Source of the DNA: Sphagnum compactum
Taxonomy: Eukaryota
Length of the DNA: 64,000 nucleotides
Direction of reading: 5' to 3'
NCBI GenBank assembly: GCA_965153455.1
Contig: OZ234493.1
Coordinates: 17,846,213 to 17,910,212 of the forward strand
Part shown: piece after piece, positions 50,211 to 64,000 of the stretch
Layout of the letters: every line of letters begins with the position of its first letter
Numbering within the stretch: the stretch's first letter is position 1
Translations under genes and position numbers: made by a program
Notes under the pieces: generated by a model
Databases searched by the model: none
Told to the model about the DNA's origin: nothing
What the model saw: the letters and a program-made list of their open reading frames with translations, nothing else

Positions 50211-53200
50211 CCTAATAATATATCTACTAGTGATTATGCCCCCATACAAATAAATTATTTATTTCCTTATAGCTAGTCAATAAAGTTTCTTCATCCTTTG
50301 CTTATATAATTTTTATATGCACACCTGCCATATAACTGACCCAAAGGGCTTAATGGTCCCCAAGGAAGGCACCCAAATAAGGTAGAGGGCCCTAAGTTTC
50401 TAATGAAGGGAAAAGAAACTTTTCACATTCAGATTTTGATGAGATGATCTACTAGTTTTGCTTAAATTGTAGTGTATAGACTAGGGAACTACAAAAATGA
50501 AGACTATGTAAAAGGATTGAGTACCCACATAAGTCATGTCTATATAAGTACCAAAATTTTAGCATTGATCCACAAAAATGAATCCATTTATAAGCCTTGC
50601 CATGTACATTGGAATGTGTAAGACATTTGTTAAATTTGGTTTCTTTACCTAAATTCATGTTCATATTGATCAAGATCTAATGATAACAAATCCAAAAAAT
50701 CCAAAAACATATAACTTTATGAAAAACTATTGGAACAAGGAAAAGAAAAGAAAGGCCCTAGGTATTTTGAGATTATGTGCCTTGCAACGTTAGTGTGCTC
50801 CACAAGTCCAACAAGCTTTACACTCCATCAAATTCTCTTCACATGTACTTTAGTACCAATTGTTGGGTCTTCTCTAGCTTCTCATGCATTTACATACATT
50901 TGTAACAAGAAAATCCTACATATGGTACCTGATTGGATGACCTTGAAAGTGTTCCAACATTAGGATTTAGGATAAACCCTTCCTAGGAAAACGCTTATCA
51001 TCAAACAAAATAAACCATAAGTACATAGTTTTAGAATATCAATTGTATGACCACATATGAATCCAACTTTATTTTGATTGTTGGGTTAGTAGCATAACAA
51101 AAATAGCACAAAATGTTTTGTTATTGAATAATCCAACTGTATATAATACATACTAATCTTATTTAGGCCTAGTAATGTTCACTTTCAAATTACAAAAACT
51201 ATTCATTACAAATAGTTTCAATTGAAAACTACGTAAAAAAACAAAAATTGGGTGAGTACTACACAACCTAATTTACCCTAAATCCAACTTGGCACATCTA
51301 TCACATACAACTTGAAATATGTATATTTACTTTTTTGTCACCTCTTTAGCTCTAGTCTTTACACCAGCTTGTAGATTACATGTAGCTAGTTTACTTGTTG
51401 TTTTATTTCCAAGTCTTGTGATAGTTTTGCTTCCATTTCCACTAGATGAAGTCGGAGTTCCTTGAATGTCTACCAAGCTCAATTGGGGCCTCTTTTTTCT
51501 TGCTTTTAATATGACTATAGAACGTTCCAAAACTAGAGCTTCCTCCTTGTTTTTTATCACTTTCTCTTGAAACAAATTATCAACAAGCAATGAGGAAGGT
51601 GAACAAGGAGTATTAATTGCCACATCAAGCTTGGCATCACTAGTAGAGATGATTTGGGTCAATGATGAAAAATGGTGCAAAGTAAATGGCATTAGTTCTA
51701 TAGAAATTTTGGTAACAATGGGTTCAGGCTAAAATATTAGTGTTTAGTAAAGTAGCATCAGAGGTGGTTTGAACAAGGATCATAGACTTACAAACTTGAG
51801 GAGGGGGAGTAAATTGTTCAACCTCGATAAAATTAGTGGCTTGCATTGATACCAAGGGATGGGGACAAAATTCAAAAGGTGGATAAATGGAATCAAGCTT
51901 CATGCTAATGACATGGGGATCTGATTTTGGATGCCCACTATCTACATCTTCTTCATCTTCATTAGAGGTCACCTCTAGAACTGGTAACTTCCCATCATCC
52001 TCAATGACCTCTAAAGCTTTATCAGAAGATGATATTTTCAATCTTTTGGGTTTCAATGGAGATGTCACTTCAAAATCATGCATCCCTTTCTTTTTTGGAT
52101 TGACAAGAGTACCACCATCATCACAACCATCTGCTAACAACTATGTTATTAACAAAATCTAGGATCCCACTCCTTATTGGTGGTGTGTAAAAATTAACGT
52201 CTTAGAGAGTTCAATGAATGTAGTTGATGACCCAACTTTTGTGTTTTGCAATGCTGAATTCTTATGTAGGATGACTGCCAAAACCCAATCAAACATAGAT
52301 GTTATGAAAATATTTTTACTTAAATAGAAAAAAAAGGACACGGCCCTTTACAGACCTAAAGAATAAACAAGTTTGAAAACATGATTTGTACATTGCACAT
52401 AGATTACATGTAAGAATTGAAAGCATAGATGTGTGGTTTGAACATGGAAATACTATACCACACTGTCACCTTAAATGGGGCCAAACTACCAATAAAGACT
52501 CAATATAAATTTCATGAGTACATTATATATAACACAAAAATTAGGTAAGCTAAATGTATCAAGTTCAAAGATTAGGAATGACAAGTCCATCACAAATTAC
52601 ATCATAACACACCACCAAAAGGACAATCTCCCTAAATTCAAGGTTCAAATTTAAAACATTAAAAGACCTAATAGCATAGTAAGGACTATTTAGAAAAGTT
52701 AGGAGTCTAAACCTAATGCCCATGACATGTAAATCAAGAGTTGGAAAAATCAGTAGGGATACCCATGACATTAAAGAACTGGTGAAAAGGATTAGTACTA
52801 CATATAATTTTCAAGATTCAAAATTAAAAGTCAAAAATGATACCCATACAATCAAAGGAATACATACAACTTTCAAGACTCAAACTCAAATTATAGGAGA
52901 AGGGTAGAAATGATATACATACTATGAAAGGACTACACACAACCATTAGGGCTTAGACTTGGGAAGGAGGAATGATATTCATATTCATAAAGGATTAACA
53001 TAATCATAAGGGCTTAGACTTAGACAATAGGAGTAACACCCATAACATTAAGCAATTTCATGACCATAGTCCAATATGTCATATCATGACCGCCATAGTT
53101 TACATCTTTTTTTTTTAGCTTCTTGCAAGCTCTAGAGGAGTCTGAGACCATCTTGGCCAAACAAATAACCTTAAACCCTAAACTTGTAGCAAGACCGCCA

Positions 53201-56200
53201 ACAACCTTGTTAATGCAAATATAAGGAACCCATAACCAATAGTTTCCCAAAATAAAATAAAAAAATGCAAGAAAGGTAAGAGATTTTTTTACAGACAAAT
53301 TGATCCTTCAAAACCCTAAAACAAGGTGAATAATATCAAATGTAGGATTGAGCTCCACACAGTTAAAGCAAACCCACCTAGATTTGCTTAGATTTGTATG
53401 ATTCTATGTGTGTTGAGAAGAATTAGTGAGCCATAAGTATACAGACCTTCCACCAAAAAAAACTAGTGGGTCTCCTTTTTCAACCACAAAGAAAAAGACA
53501 GTGTCTTTGAAAGCAAAATTTTGTGTTAGCACCAGTGTGTGCAAAGGATATTGAATTATGGTATGACCATAATTGTATGCACAAATATGCTCTTCAAGAA
53601 CAATACTACCTAGAAATATGAATTTATCAGACAAATGAAAAAGAAAAGAATCAAGAGCAATTCCTTCTTCATATTGTGACCACGATAAACACCTTCTTGC
53701 TACTAGAAGCCCTAGTCGATGATATGAAAGGAACTAAGAAGTACGTCCTTCAAGAAATTCTTCAAGTCATTTAGGTTAGGTTGTAGCGGATACAGGAAGG
53801 ACTTGTAAGCGTTGGGCACACTAGGAAACGAAAGGCCTATTGCTTACAAAATGTTGAAACCTGCATCACTCCACGTCAAAATTTGACCTTCCCTAAATCC
53901 TCTCACATTGATCTTCTATGAAGTGCAAACACTGCTGCTTGTCTTTTCATCGCTAAGAAGGCTGCTTGCACCATAATCAACTAACTCAATGAACTTCTTT
54001 GGAGAATATGGTGGTGATGGGTATTGCTCTAGGTTTACATACAAGTCCTATCTGTGCTTCCAATAGCTCACACTCCATTCATCTAATTGTTGAAGCCGCT
54101 TTGACCTCTTTATAGTTTAATGAAACTCCTTTCTAATGCATTTTGAAAGTTCTTCTTCATACAACCTAGGTAGGTCACTCATGCAAGCACAAAGATCACA
54201 AAAGTTGTGGTGTGGAGAAGTTGGAACAATTGACCAAGATGACAATGATGGTAAGCTTAGGCTATGGTGTGGAGCAAAACCCCAACAAACGCAAAGTGGG
54301 AAGGTGATTAGGGTTTAGGGTAGTTGACTGTAGCGGACCTAGATGACAATGAAGACAAAGTGTGCGCAAACTTTGGTAAGTTCAAATTTGTGCGCGTGCC
54401 TAGTTCAATTTGCTAGGCTTGATCGATTCAAATCAATGGTCCATATCCATTCAATCAAGGAATTTTTTCAAAACAGGACTAAGGAAAGGAGACCCTCCTT
54501 TTTGTCCTAGCTGGTACACCTTAAAGAGTTTTCACCCCCAATGAAAAACTTGGATGAGCTTCAAGTTGATAGCCATTGTTGCCAATGGACTTTAATGCGA
54601 CTGGCCTCAAACAAAAGGATGGGAAACAAGCACCATGATGAAACACAACAACTAATTAGGCCACTACGTGATCAGAAACTTAAAACAAACTTGAAACGAT
54701 GTGATACAGTGAGGTAAGTTAAACGTCAAACCCAGCTCGTCATAATTCTGTCTCCCACTCCCTCGATTTGTCTAATGTTCCCCTTGCAATCTCTTGGTTT
54801 CTGCTGGTGGTAGTAGCTCATGCATACTCAACTGACCAAGAAGAGATGGACATTACGTTGTGGACTTGTGCGACCTAGAGAACTTGGACATGACGAACAT
54901 GGGGGCTTGGATGATAACTTTGCTGGTGGTGTTTTTCATTCCTGTACAGACATACTTTGCTGGCTAAGGTGGATGCATTTACCTAATTTAGATTTGCAAA
55001 GGGATTAAATTAAGGGAAGGGTGGGTTGTGGGGAGCCCTTCTTTTGTGTTCTAACTTAGGGCAGTGGGGTGTGGGTTCGGATTGATTTTCCTCTAGTAGA
55101 GTCTAAATATTAGGAGCTAACTACCTGGTGGGAAAATATGGGTAGGCTTTCACTGTTGTGATGTATGTGTTCCCTCCAAATAGAATATTCAATTCCAACC
55201 TAACAGTTCTAATATCTTACTTTGTATTTTTTGGGCTTAACAAAATACTAATTATTAACTAGCTAATTGAACCACAATGGTCTAGCTTCATTGATTCAGA
55301 CTTTAAACTAAATCTAAACAAACTAAAGTTTTCAGAGACCTGTGATCTATTTCATGTGTATTATTATGTGATAATTTTTAGTACTAAATTTATGGTTATT
55401 GCTACTAACCATATGGCCATGGAGTGCCTTCTGCAATTACACCTTTATTCATTAATGGACTAGATTTTTTGTTTATGACTTGAAGGAACTGTCCATGTTG
55501 TAAATATTACCAAAGTTGAAATATGCATACATCACAAAAGAGAATTTTAATAATTTTGGTATTGTTTGGGTGCCGTGACAGCAGTAATGAGAAATTGATG
55601 TTATAACGTGGTGAAATGGACAGCTCAATTGCTACATGTGCAAAACTTCTTCTGTATGTTGAACCTGGTCACTCTCCTTCTAGTCCCTCTTTTGACACAT
55701 AAACAACCGTGAAACACTTTGTAAGGAGATAAGTTTTAGGAAAGCTTCTCCAGTGACTATCACACAATACAAATCTGAACATTTGAGATCAGATGGTGAT
55801 TTGTTAATCTCCACATGCAAGGAAATATCTCAACTGAGCTTAGCCAACCAATGGTCATGGTGTCGCTTGCGATTCACGCATATTCAGGCCAATGTGCATT
55901 CGAAAGGAGAAAGGCTTCACAATCTCACTGCACAATTACAAATTTCCTTAGGTATACATTTTCCATGATAAAATCACATATATCTTCCAAAAGGAACTAA
56001 GGATAAGCATGTCCTTGAACATTTCACATAACACTTCTCTGATTACGATAAGTAGATTGGAATTTCATAATCTGCAAATGGACTTTGCTATGGCCTTTTG
56101 CTCAAATGAATCATGAAATTCTATTACTCATCCTACAAAGGTATTTTCCAAATTTGCCATGAATTTCTTTTTTTGTTTTCTCCAAGTTTGCCAGTGTCGA

Positions 56201-57830
56201 TTGACACCTGACCAAATGCTGGATTTTAAAGGGCAGATGTTCAAATAACCAATTTCTCGTCAGATTTGGCATGAGATGGACCAAACTTAGGTCTAGATTG
56301 GCCAAATGTGTTTGAAACAGTACAACCTTATCTGTGACTATGTTGAACCTCTGAACGATGTTCATTCGACAGCTAGTCAGGTGCCAAAAGAAATTGGCAT
56401 ATGAACTTGGAAAACACAAGAATAAAAATACCCCATTGGTGAAATTTATTAATTAATCAGAAATTTTCCTAGCAAATTCCAGGTGCATACTCCATACTTA
56501 TCCTACTAGTAGAACTGTCATGTGGATTGTGCAAGGACAGTATTATTGGTAGGTCTAGAAAATATAGAAATTGTCGGTCTTAGAAAAGGTCGGTAAGTCC
56601 TGTATGGGGGGCCTCCCCTAACTTGAGGGTCGTATCCCAAAGGGTGTAGGCCACTGTTAGCTGGGTATTTGGTTTTCTTAATAACTATCAGTTCAGGTTT
56701 TGGGGAAAAAACACAGAATCGAAAAACTGGTGGTTCCAGTTATTTCGAGAACCTCAAAGAACTAGGGTTTATGAAAGAACGAGCCATTTTGTAGGTGATT
56801 TTTTGATTTTTTTGAAATCTCTTGAAATCTGTGGCTATATACATCAAACTGACACTTTGGTTCTTTGACAACTGTGGTGATAAACCTTAAGAACCACTCA
56901 AGGATAACCCAGTGGGGGGGTTTGATGCAATTTTTGATTCTCGCCTAATACTGGTATATGCCTGAAATTGAAGGAGAGGCTGGTGGGAAATCGCCTTCAA
57001 GTGCGTAAAGTAACGGACAAGATTATTTACGTGCAAGGTGAATGCAGGTGGAAGGAGGTCTATTGGATATACATCTTCCATGTGGGGAGTTGCTTTCAAA
57101 TACAAAGGGGGAAACCTTGCTGTACTTTAAGTTACCTAGTGGGACGATGACCCTCTTGTCAGCACATAATTTGCCCAGATGTGATCTTGAATCACCATTG
57201 ATGAGAGCTCAGATATTTCTTAGTGACAATGAAATGAAACTTAAGCAACTAGTCCCCATCTGCTCTGCCATCTTCAGACTGTTATTGTGTGGTGGTGCTC
57301 ACCAAAAAAACTTTGCTAAAACTTATATCCTTACAAAGTGTTTCACGATTCTTTGCCGTGTACATGACAATAGGTACGTCTCAAAAGGACTAGTAGGAGA
57401 GTGACCAGGATAAGCATGGAAGAAGTTTGCCCAAACAGAACAATTCAAGCTGTCCATTCGACAATGAGGTGAGGGTTACTAATTTGTAGTTCCCTACTTC
57501 TAAATATACTCCTAAAGCTAAAAATAAACTACAGTATAAACAGAATATTACACCAGAAAATCAACGGCAACGAACCCTACTGCCCAAACCAGACTAAAAA
57601 AACAAAAGGCTCCCACAACCGCCTGCCCTGAAACTCCCATTCCAAATCCAAATTATACAAAAGTCATCCACCTTGGCCAGTAAGTAAATTTTGGTACATG
57701 AATGAAAAATTCCATGTGAAAATTTATCATCCAATACCCATGTTCATCATATCCAGCCTGCTATCTCCCTCTGCCCGCACCAGTCCGCGGCCTCCCGCGC
57801 CTACAAATTGCACACTCTTGCTAGCCCCAA

Positions 57831-58173
57831 TATTCGTCCAGTCTTTTTCTCGCTAGTGCTTGTGCTTGCGTTGGTCTGTGATTCCCATCTATCATAGATT
57901 TCCAATGAGTGTGTGAGGTGTTGTATAATTTCATCACCGTCGTCCTTTATCTCCAAGTCTCTCTGTATCTCTTTGTTTGAGGTCATTTGCAAAGTCCGTC
58001 TTTGTATTCGTCCAGTCTTCTCGCTAGTGCTTGTGCTTGTGTTGGTCTGTGATTCCCATCTACCATAGATTTCCAGTGAGTGTGTGAGGTGTTCTATAAT
58101 TTCATCACCGTCCTCCTTTATCTCCAAGATTCTCTGGATCTCTTTTTGTTCGAGGTCATTTGCAAAGTCCGTC
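57831..58173. repeat. Tandem duplication, ~174-bp unit, 2 copies
   Basis: TATTCGTCCAGTCTT..CTCGCTAGTGCTTGTGCTTG..GGTCATTTGCAAAGTCCGTC at 57831 and 58005, highly similar. Confidence 0.95.
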
Positions 58174-58765
58174 GATAACAATGGCCATCAATTTCAAGCT
58201 CATCCTGGGAATCATTGGTATAATCTCTCTCCGCTACCACCACGCCAGTTTCTCGATTCCCGCCTCCAACTATCCATTCTTAAAGATATTATAATAGAGG
58301 AGTCCCCTGTGCAGCAGTTGATGATAACTGTTCCAACCACGCCCGTTAGAGATTCGGAAGACGAAATCGGAACTTAACCCGAGCGGTGGATTAAATTAAG
58401 TTCCGATTCTACCTTCCAAATCCCAAACAATCATGGGTCCTCCAATATGGACATGCTGATCATTCAGCACGCGATATAAGAGTAGGGGACCGATAAAAAG
58501 TTTGACTAACTGTACGTTCGGAATAGTGGCAAAGTCCGTATAAGAGGCAGTTCTAATTGCAGTTATTGGAACCTAACTATTGACGTTGCAGAATGATGTT
58601 GTTGGACGTCTGGATTGAGTTCTGGTTATCATGGACGCATTTCCTGTATTTATACAGCGATCATTTTCTCTATCTTTGATTATATGAGCTAGGATTTTTG
58701 GTATGGGTTCCAAAGCAGTTTTTTTAATTGTGGGCATGTTTCGTTGTTGTTGTCATGTATGTTAG

Positions 58766-60599
58766 GTAACATCATTTCAATGTGCCTGTTCGCATCACCC
58801 ATGTGAGTGTGTACTCTGCCAGCTATCTTGACCCTCCGATCACATACGTGATAATTATAATAGCATAGCATTCCTGCCATCGCCTGAAAATTTCTCTACC
58901 TTTTCATGTCAGCTGTTAGATTTTTCATCTTATAAGATGAAAAATATTTTTTCTTTTGTTTAATGCATTGTGTTCCAACAATCTTGTCAAACGGAACTGA
59001 CATAGTTTATCTATATCTACAATGTATGAAGGAATTCATAAAGAGAACAATTTTACTGCATTTGCATAGATACTAGACAGATTGGCAACAACACGTGAAC
59101 TCAGCTGCATTCATATTCAATGTTGTATATTGTTTACTTACATCTTGTAAGCTTGCTTGTTGTTGTCCACAGGCCTACGTTTTGGGACATCATACAGAAG
59201 AGAGATGTCCAAAGATACTCTGCCATTCCATACGTGTGTACCTTACTGAACTGTATGCTATGGGTGGTATACGGACTACCAGACGTCTCATTGCAAGTCC
59301 TCGTTGTCACGATCAACCTCTCCGGATGTTTGATAGAGCTTATCTATATAAGTATATACTTGGTGTATGCACCCAAGAAAACTCAGGTACTTCACTCAAA
59401 CAAAGTCATGACCATGTTCAAGCTTCTTTTCAATCTTCTTTTTATCTGAGTAACTCATCGCAGTACAATCAAGCTACAGGAACTCACAGCGAATAGTCAT
59501 TGAAATAACTCTAATTACCAACTGCTTTGATCTGATGCAATTCTCATGTCCATCGTTGCAGACAAAAGCTTTAAAGCTCCTGGGAGCAATGATGGTTTCT
59601 TTCATTTTGGTTGTCGTCATCGTCCTCGAAGTTGTCCATGACAAACATCGACGCAAGCTCATCATCGGCATTTTTTGTGCTGTGTTTTCAGTTGGGATGT
59701 ATGCATCTCCGCTCACGGTCATGGTAGATCCTCATTACTACACCCCCTCACCCATCCCATTTCTTACAAGTTAATAGGCATCATAAGCACATGAGAGATT
59801 CACAATGGACTGTTCTGATCATGACAATTTGCAGCAAGCTATATATGAAAGAGATTTAAGAAGCCACATTCATGTAGTATAGCCTTAATTAGGTTGAACC
59901 AGATCTATATCAAGAGTTGTTCAATTGAGGAGACAATAGCCCAAATTCACTATCATTTGCAGCATTCATAATCAGCCATTCATAAACCCTACACCTGAGA
60001 TAGCTAAAGTTGGTATATTCTGCTTCAAGGATATGATTCTAATATTGAACCCATGTTTGATCATGTCGTGTCCAGGGCATGGTGATAAGGACGCACAGTG
60101 TTGAGTTCATGCCATTCCTCTTATCTTTGTTCAACTTCATGAATGGATTGGTCTGGTTTGGTTATGCCTTTGTTGGTCATATTGACGTCTTCATTATGGT
60201 AAATATACTGACAACCGATCACCCCTATCCAAATTCTTCCATACCTCATGCTTCAAACTTTGGAAGCTGCATGCTAAGAAAAGTAATGTGATTTGATTTT
60301 GTTCAACTGTGTACACAGAACCCTAACATCTGTTCTTTCCAGTTCACTTACATGGGGAATTTAGGAGAGCAACTTGTACATTCTGAACTCACAAGTCATT
60401 CTAACTTGCTTAGCTTGTGTCTCATTTTCAGATCCCAAATGGTCTTGGAACCTTGTCTGGCATCGCACAACTTCTTTTGTTCTTCATCTACAGGAATGCA
60501 CCTCCAGTAGTTGCCCAACAGCTGGAACTGAATGAAGCAGGCATTCCAACTGAAACCCAACCACCATCTATACACATAATTAGCACAGATTGTGATTAG
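58766..60599 (+). CDS. SWEET: SWEET (MtN3/saliva) bidirectional sugar transporter; first exon unresolved
   Basis: GT-AG exons 58766-58802 (GNIISMCLFASPM), 59173-59386 (PTFWDIIQKRDVQRYSAIPYVCTLLNCMLWVVYGLP..TIN..G), 59562-59723 (..GMYASPLTVM), 60076-60198 (VIRTHSVEFMPFLLSLFNFMNGLVWFGYA) and 60432-60599 (IPNGLGTLSGIAQLLLFFIYR..stop). The exon layout is typical of plant SWEET genes. Confidence 0.9.
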
Positions 60600-63500
60600 G
60601 ACAGTAGTTCTCAAAGTGATCATTCCATTTGTATGGGGTTTCCTAAGAAAGCTCCTAATTGGTCAATAAACTGACAAACCCTTATTCCCAGCCCTGGACA
60701 AACCTTCATGTACTTCAAAAGAGAAAGTTAATCAATTCTTCAGGTCGTGAGTCCTACATGATGAATTCTGTGTGATATTAAGTGACCAGCACATTGTCAA
60801 AACTACCTGTCACATGTAATATTGTAGATCTAACTCAGAAAAGGTTACAGCTTGTGAAGGAATTGTAGTACCTAAAATTTGTTTGAAGGGATATCAAGCA
60901 TATAGTTATAAATACCCAATCTTCATCAAGCATTCTGCAACATTGATTGTCACAACCATTTTGCAATTTTTCATCAGGCAAATGACACACACCATAAGAT
61001 TTAAGCAAGACATTTGAGGAAAGCACACCCATGGGGATGCCCGAGTTGAATACACAGCCATCCAATGGCTATGGCATACTACATTCCTATATCCAAAGAG
61101 GTAGTTCCTGTTGGTCATTTTCAGTTTTTGGATTGGGTTGGGTTCAGAACCAGACTCAACAAGTCTATACAGGTCAAGACAAGTGTTGTATTTAAGGTCT
61201 AGATCATTGGGTTAGTGCCTTTAAAGTTCCCCCATTACATATGACATTTGAACAATTTTGAATTATGTTGGCATGCATGTTTATACTTGAATAAAGTATG
61301 TTATATTGGATAGAGACATTATATCATATTTGATCATTTATAATTTTGTCCATTAAATATAGGGACTTCTTCATTCATGAATGATGTACATCATATTGAA
61401 TTCATGAGGATATGTACATGAGCAATTAACATTGTGTATGGAAATTATATCAACACAATAGCCAGTGCACAATGATAATTATAGATATATATTTCACCTT
61501 TGAACCATATCTTCACTTGCATCCTTGAGATGAACAAAATTTGCAATTATTTTCTAACAATTCTAATAATTGTGTTGAGATGGGAATACTCACACATTGT
61601 TCCTTTTGCCTCTAAAGCTTCAATAACGTTTGTAGCCCTCCACCCAGTTCTTCCAACATCACAAAAATTGTTCAATATGATAAAAGAATGAGGAAAATAT
61701 GGGGTGTTTGATGATGGGTGAATTAAAACATATTAAAATTTTGAGCTTAAAATTTTTGATCATTACATCTTTGTTCTTAGAATACAAAGAAGTTTTGTAA
61801 AGCCCTAGTTCAGGCACCCATCAAGTTGAAAATCATTCAAAACGGACTGAAAATCAGGAAAATATGAGGCTAGAACTAGATGGGGGTTTAGAGCTATTTA
61901 TTTCAAAAAACAATGAAGCAAACTATCATTTATCCTCTTCCTCGTCTTGTGTTTTTTGCACTACTTCTTTGCTTTTGACACTCAAAGAACATTTATAGGC
62001 CTACAATGACACAAAAATCGCTCAATTTGGTTAATAGATGAGAAGAATATTTGAAAATGTTCGATGATAGGGTCATGTTTGATGATAGATGAATTTACCC
62101 CTACACATTTGAGTTTTACTTTTGAATTTGCAATTCACCTTGGAAGGGGTCGAGTGGCCAAGATAAACTAGCACCCGCCATCATACTTGCAATACAAAAA
62201 AGACTATGGATGACCTTCCAAAAGCCATCCATTGTCCTTCCTTATAGACCTACCCTTTGATAGGGTCTTTGTCTATCATCCTTACTTTTTAGCTAGCCTA
62301 TTAGGTTGGCGATCTTTTTTTGAATTTCTGCATAAGTATGTTTTTTTATAATTATTTCATACTAGCCTCTTAGGTTTTTTTCTCTTTTTAAAGAAGATAA
62401 ATAACATATTTTACTTTTTCTTTCTTTTTAATCTATAAGTAATTTGATAGGAGCTAGGCCAAATTGGTGCATTGAATAATACATGAACTTGTATGAGATG
62501 AGAATAAACTAATGATAACAAAGCAATTTAAATATTGGATTTAGTGTCACAAAAGACTATGACTTCAAGATTTTTAAAACTTCAAATGAAGCAAAGTATT
62601 CAATTATTATAAACTTGGTCTTTTTTCAAACATATCATTTTGCATTCACAAATGACTCTCACAATTCAAAGGATGAAAATAAAGCTTTAATTTAGGAACA
62701 TTTTGATGGCTTTGAGTTTAGGACAATATAACATCACTAGATTCACATTGTTTTAGGACACCTTGCAAGGAATTGGTGATAGGTATGTTATCACTTTTGT
62801 GCTCACTAAATATTCCCTTAATTCTAGCAAAACTTACCCAAGTGGCACAAGTGTGTATCTATGTCATGCACTTGTGTCAAGTATACCTTTTCACATGGAA
62901 GGTTCCACCCTTAAAACAATCCTTTACCCATGTGATTTTTTTTTCATTTGTGTCTTTTTATTACATCAAGTATAAAATTGAACACAAGAGGTGCGTGCCA
63001 ATTGTGCCAATTCCTACCTCAATGACACAAATGTGCATCTATGTTAGGTAGACACATCAAGTATAACTATCCTCATTGAATGCCTCACCCATTATGGCAA
63101 TGGTTTAGCCAAATGACACAATTACACAACTATGTCAAGTATGTGTCTTTGGTATAACATTAAAGTCTAACAATATCATCTTTGATGGATTCTTATACAT
63201 GACATGGTATCCTACCATGTTTTGAATCATTCAAGTTGGTTTATGAGGTATACCTTACATGGTGCTTTGTTTTGTCTTGAAAAAAAACTTGTTGGATTTT
63301 GTTTATAAATGATGCAACGACATGACTTGTTCTTGGGGAACATGTTCATCACTAATTCTAAAATTATAATTTCACATTTTACATAATTCTAAAGTGGCTT
63401 TGTGTGACTTCATATTAATTTTGGGTGTAATTTGAAAGCAATTGTTTTTGAAGTAAATATTGAATCTTGGTTACAGCAAACATTGATTAACCTTTTTCTT

Positions 63501-64000
63501 ATTGGAAAAATGTCACAAAGAAGTGAAATTGAAACTTAAAAATTCAAAATTTAAGTGATTTTGGAGGCTTTCAATCATCAAAAGCAAAGAAAAAATAGTA
63601 AAATTTTCTAGATTTTTATATTTGAGTTTCAACAGGTAGTCAAAAATATGGAAGGATGTTTAAAGATTTGTATTTCATATTTCTATAACCATATTTGGCT
63701 AAATTTTTCTAGGGATGATAGCCAATTTTTTACATTTTTCTATGGATGATCACCATTTTGGCTATAAACAAAATTTTCTAGAAGACACTAGCATTGATAA
63801 AGGCCCAAATAAGGATTATAAGAGAGATGCTCTCAATGGATTGATTTATGGAAACTTGAAAGTTTATTTCCAAGCTTTAATAATATGAAACCTCCTTCAA
63901 TAAAATGAACCCTAAACCTTACATTATATGATCAAATCACAATGGCAAATCATTTCGTAGATATCAATGTATAGATGATGCACTTCATTAATAATCATAC

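Noticed and set aside
43200-54325. Interstitial telomeric repeats (AACCCT/TTTAGGG words at ~43205 and ~54309)
   Set aside because: Only one or two units at each site, so not an array.
51327-54330. Minus-strand ORFs (121, 138 and 92 aa) as a gene
   Set aside because: Low-complexity, interrupted and without a motif I can recognise. Possibly transposon debris, but no call is supportable.

Overview
AT-rich eukaryotic nuclear DNA with spliceosomal introns, most likely from a bryophyte. A peat-moss (Sphagnum)-like origin is inferred from PLS-PPR relics, repeat style and organellar inserts, and is not proven. There are two host genes, both on the + strand. One is a 9-exon double stress-responsive A/B-barrel (Dabb) protein gene with a transit-peptide-like N-terminus (36727-39619). 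The other is a SWEET sugar transporter (exons 58766-60599; first exon not found intact). The most striking object is a GC-rich, near full-length CRE-type non-LTR retrotransposon (15120-18409, - strand). It is a single 1070-codon zinc finger/RT/restriction-like-endonuclease frame broken only by five in-frame stops, and it lies between a T-run and an A-run. The rest is mostly degraded relics: a much older CRE copy, split hAT and Ty3/gypsy remnants with nested TIR elements, PPR and receptor-kinase pseudogene fragments, a plastid rpoB insert, a mitochondrial-type trnI(CAU) pseudogene, and tandem repeats including a ~80-bp-unit array just upstream of the Dabb gene. All calls were made by eye, without database searches.
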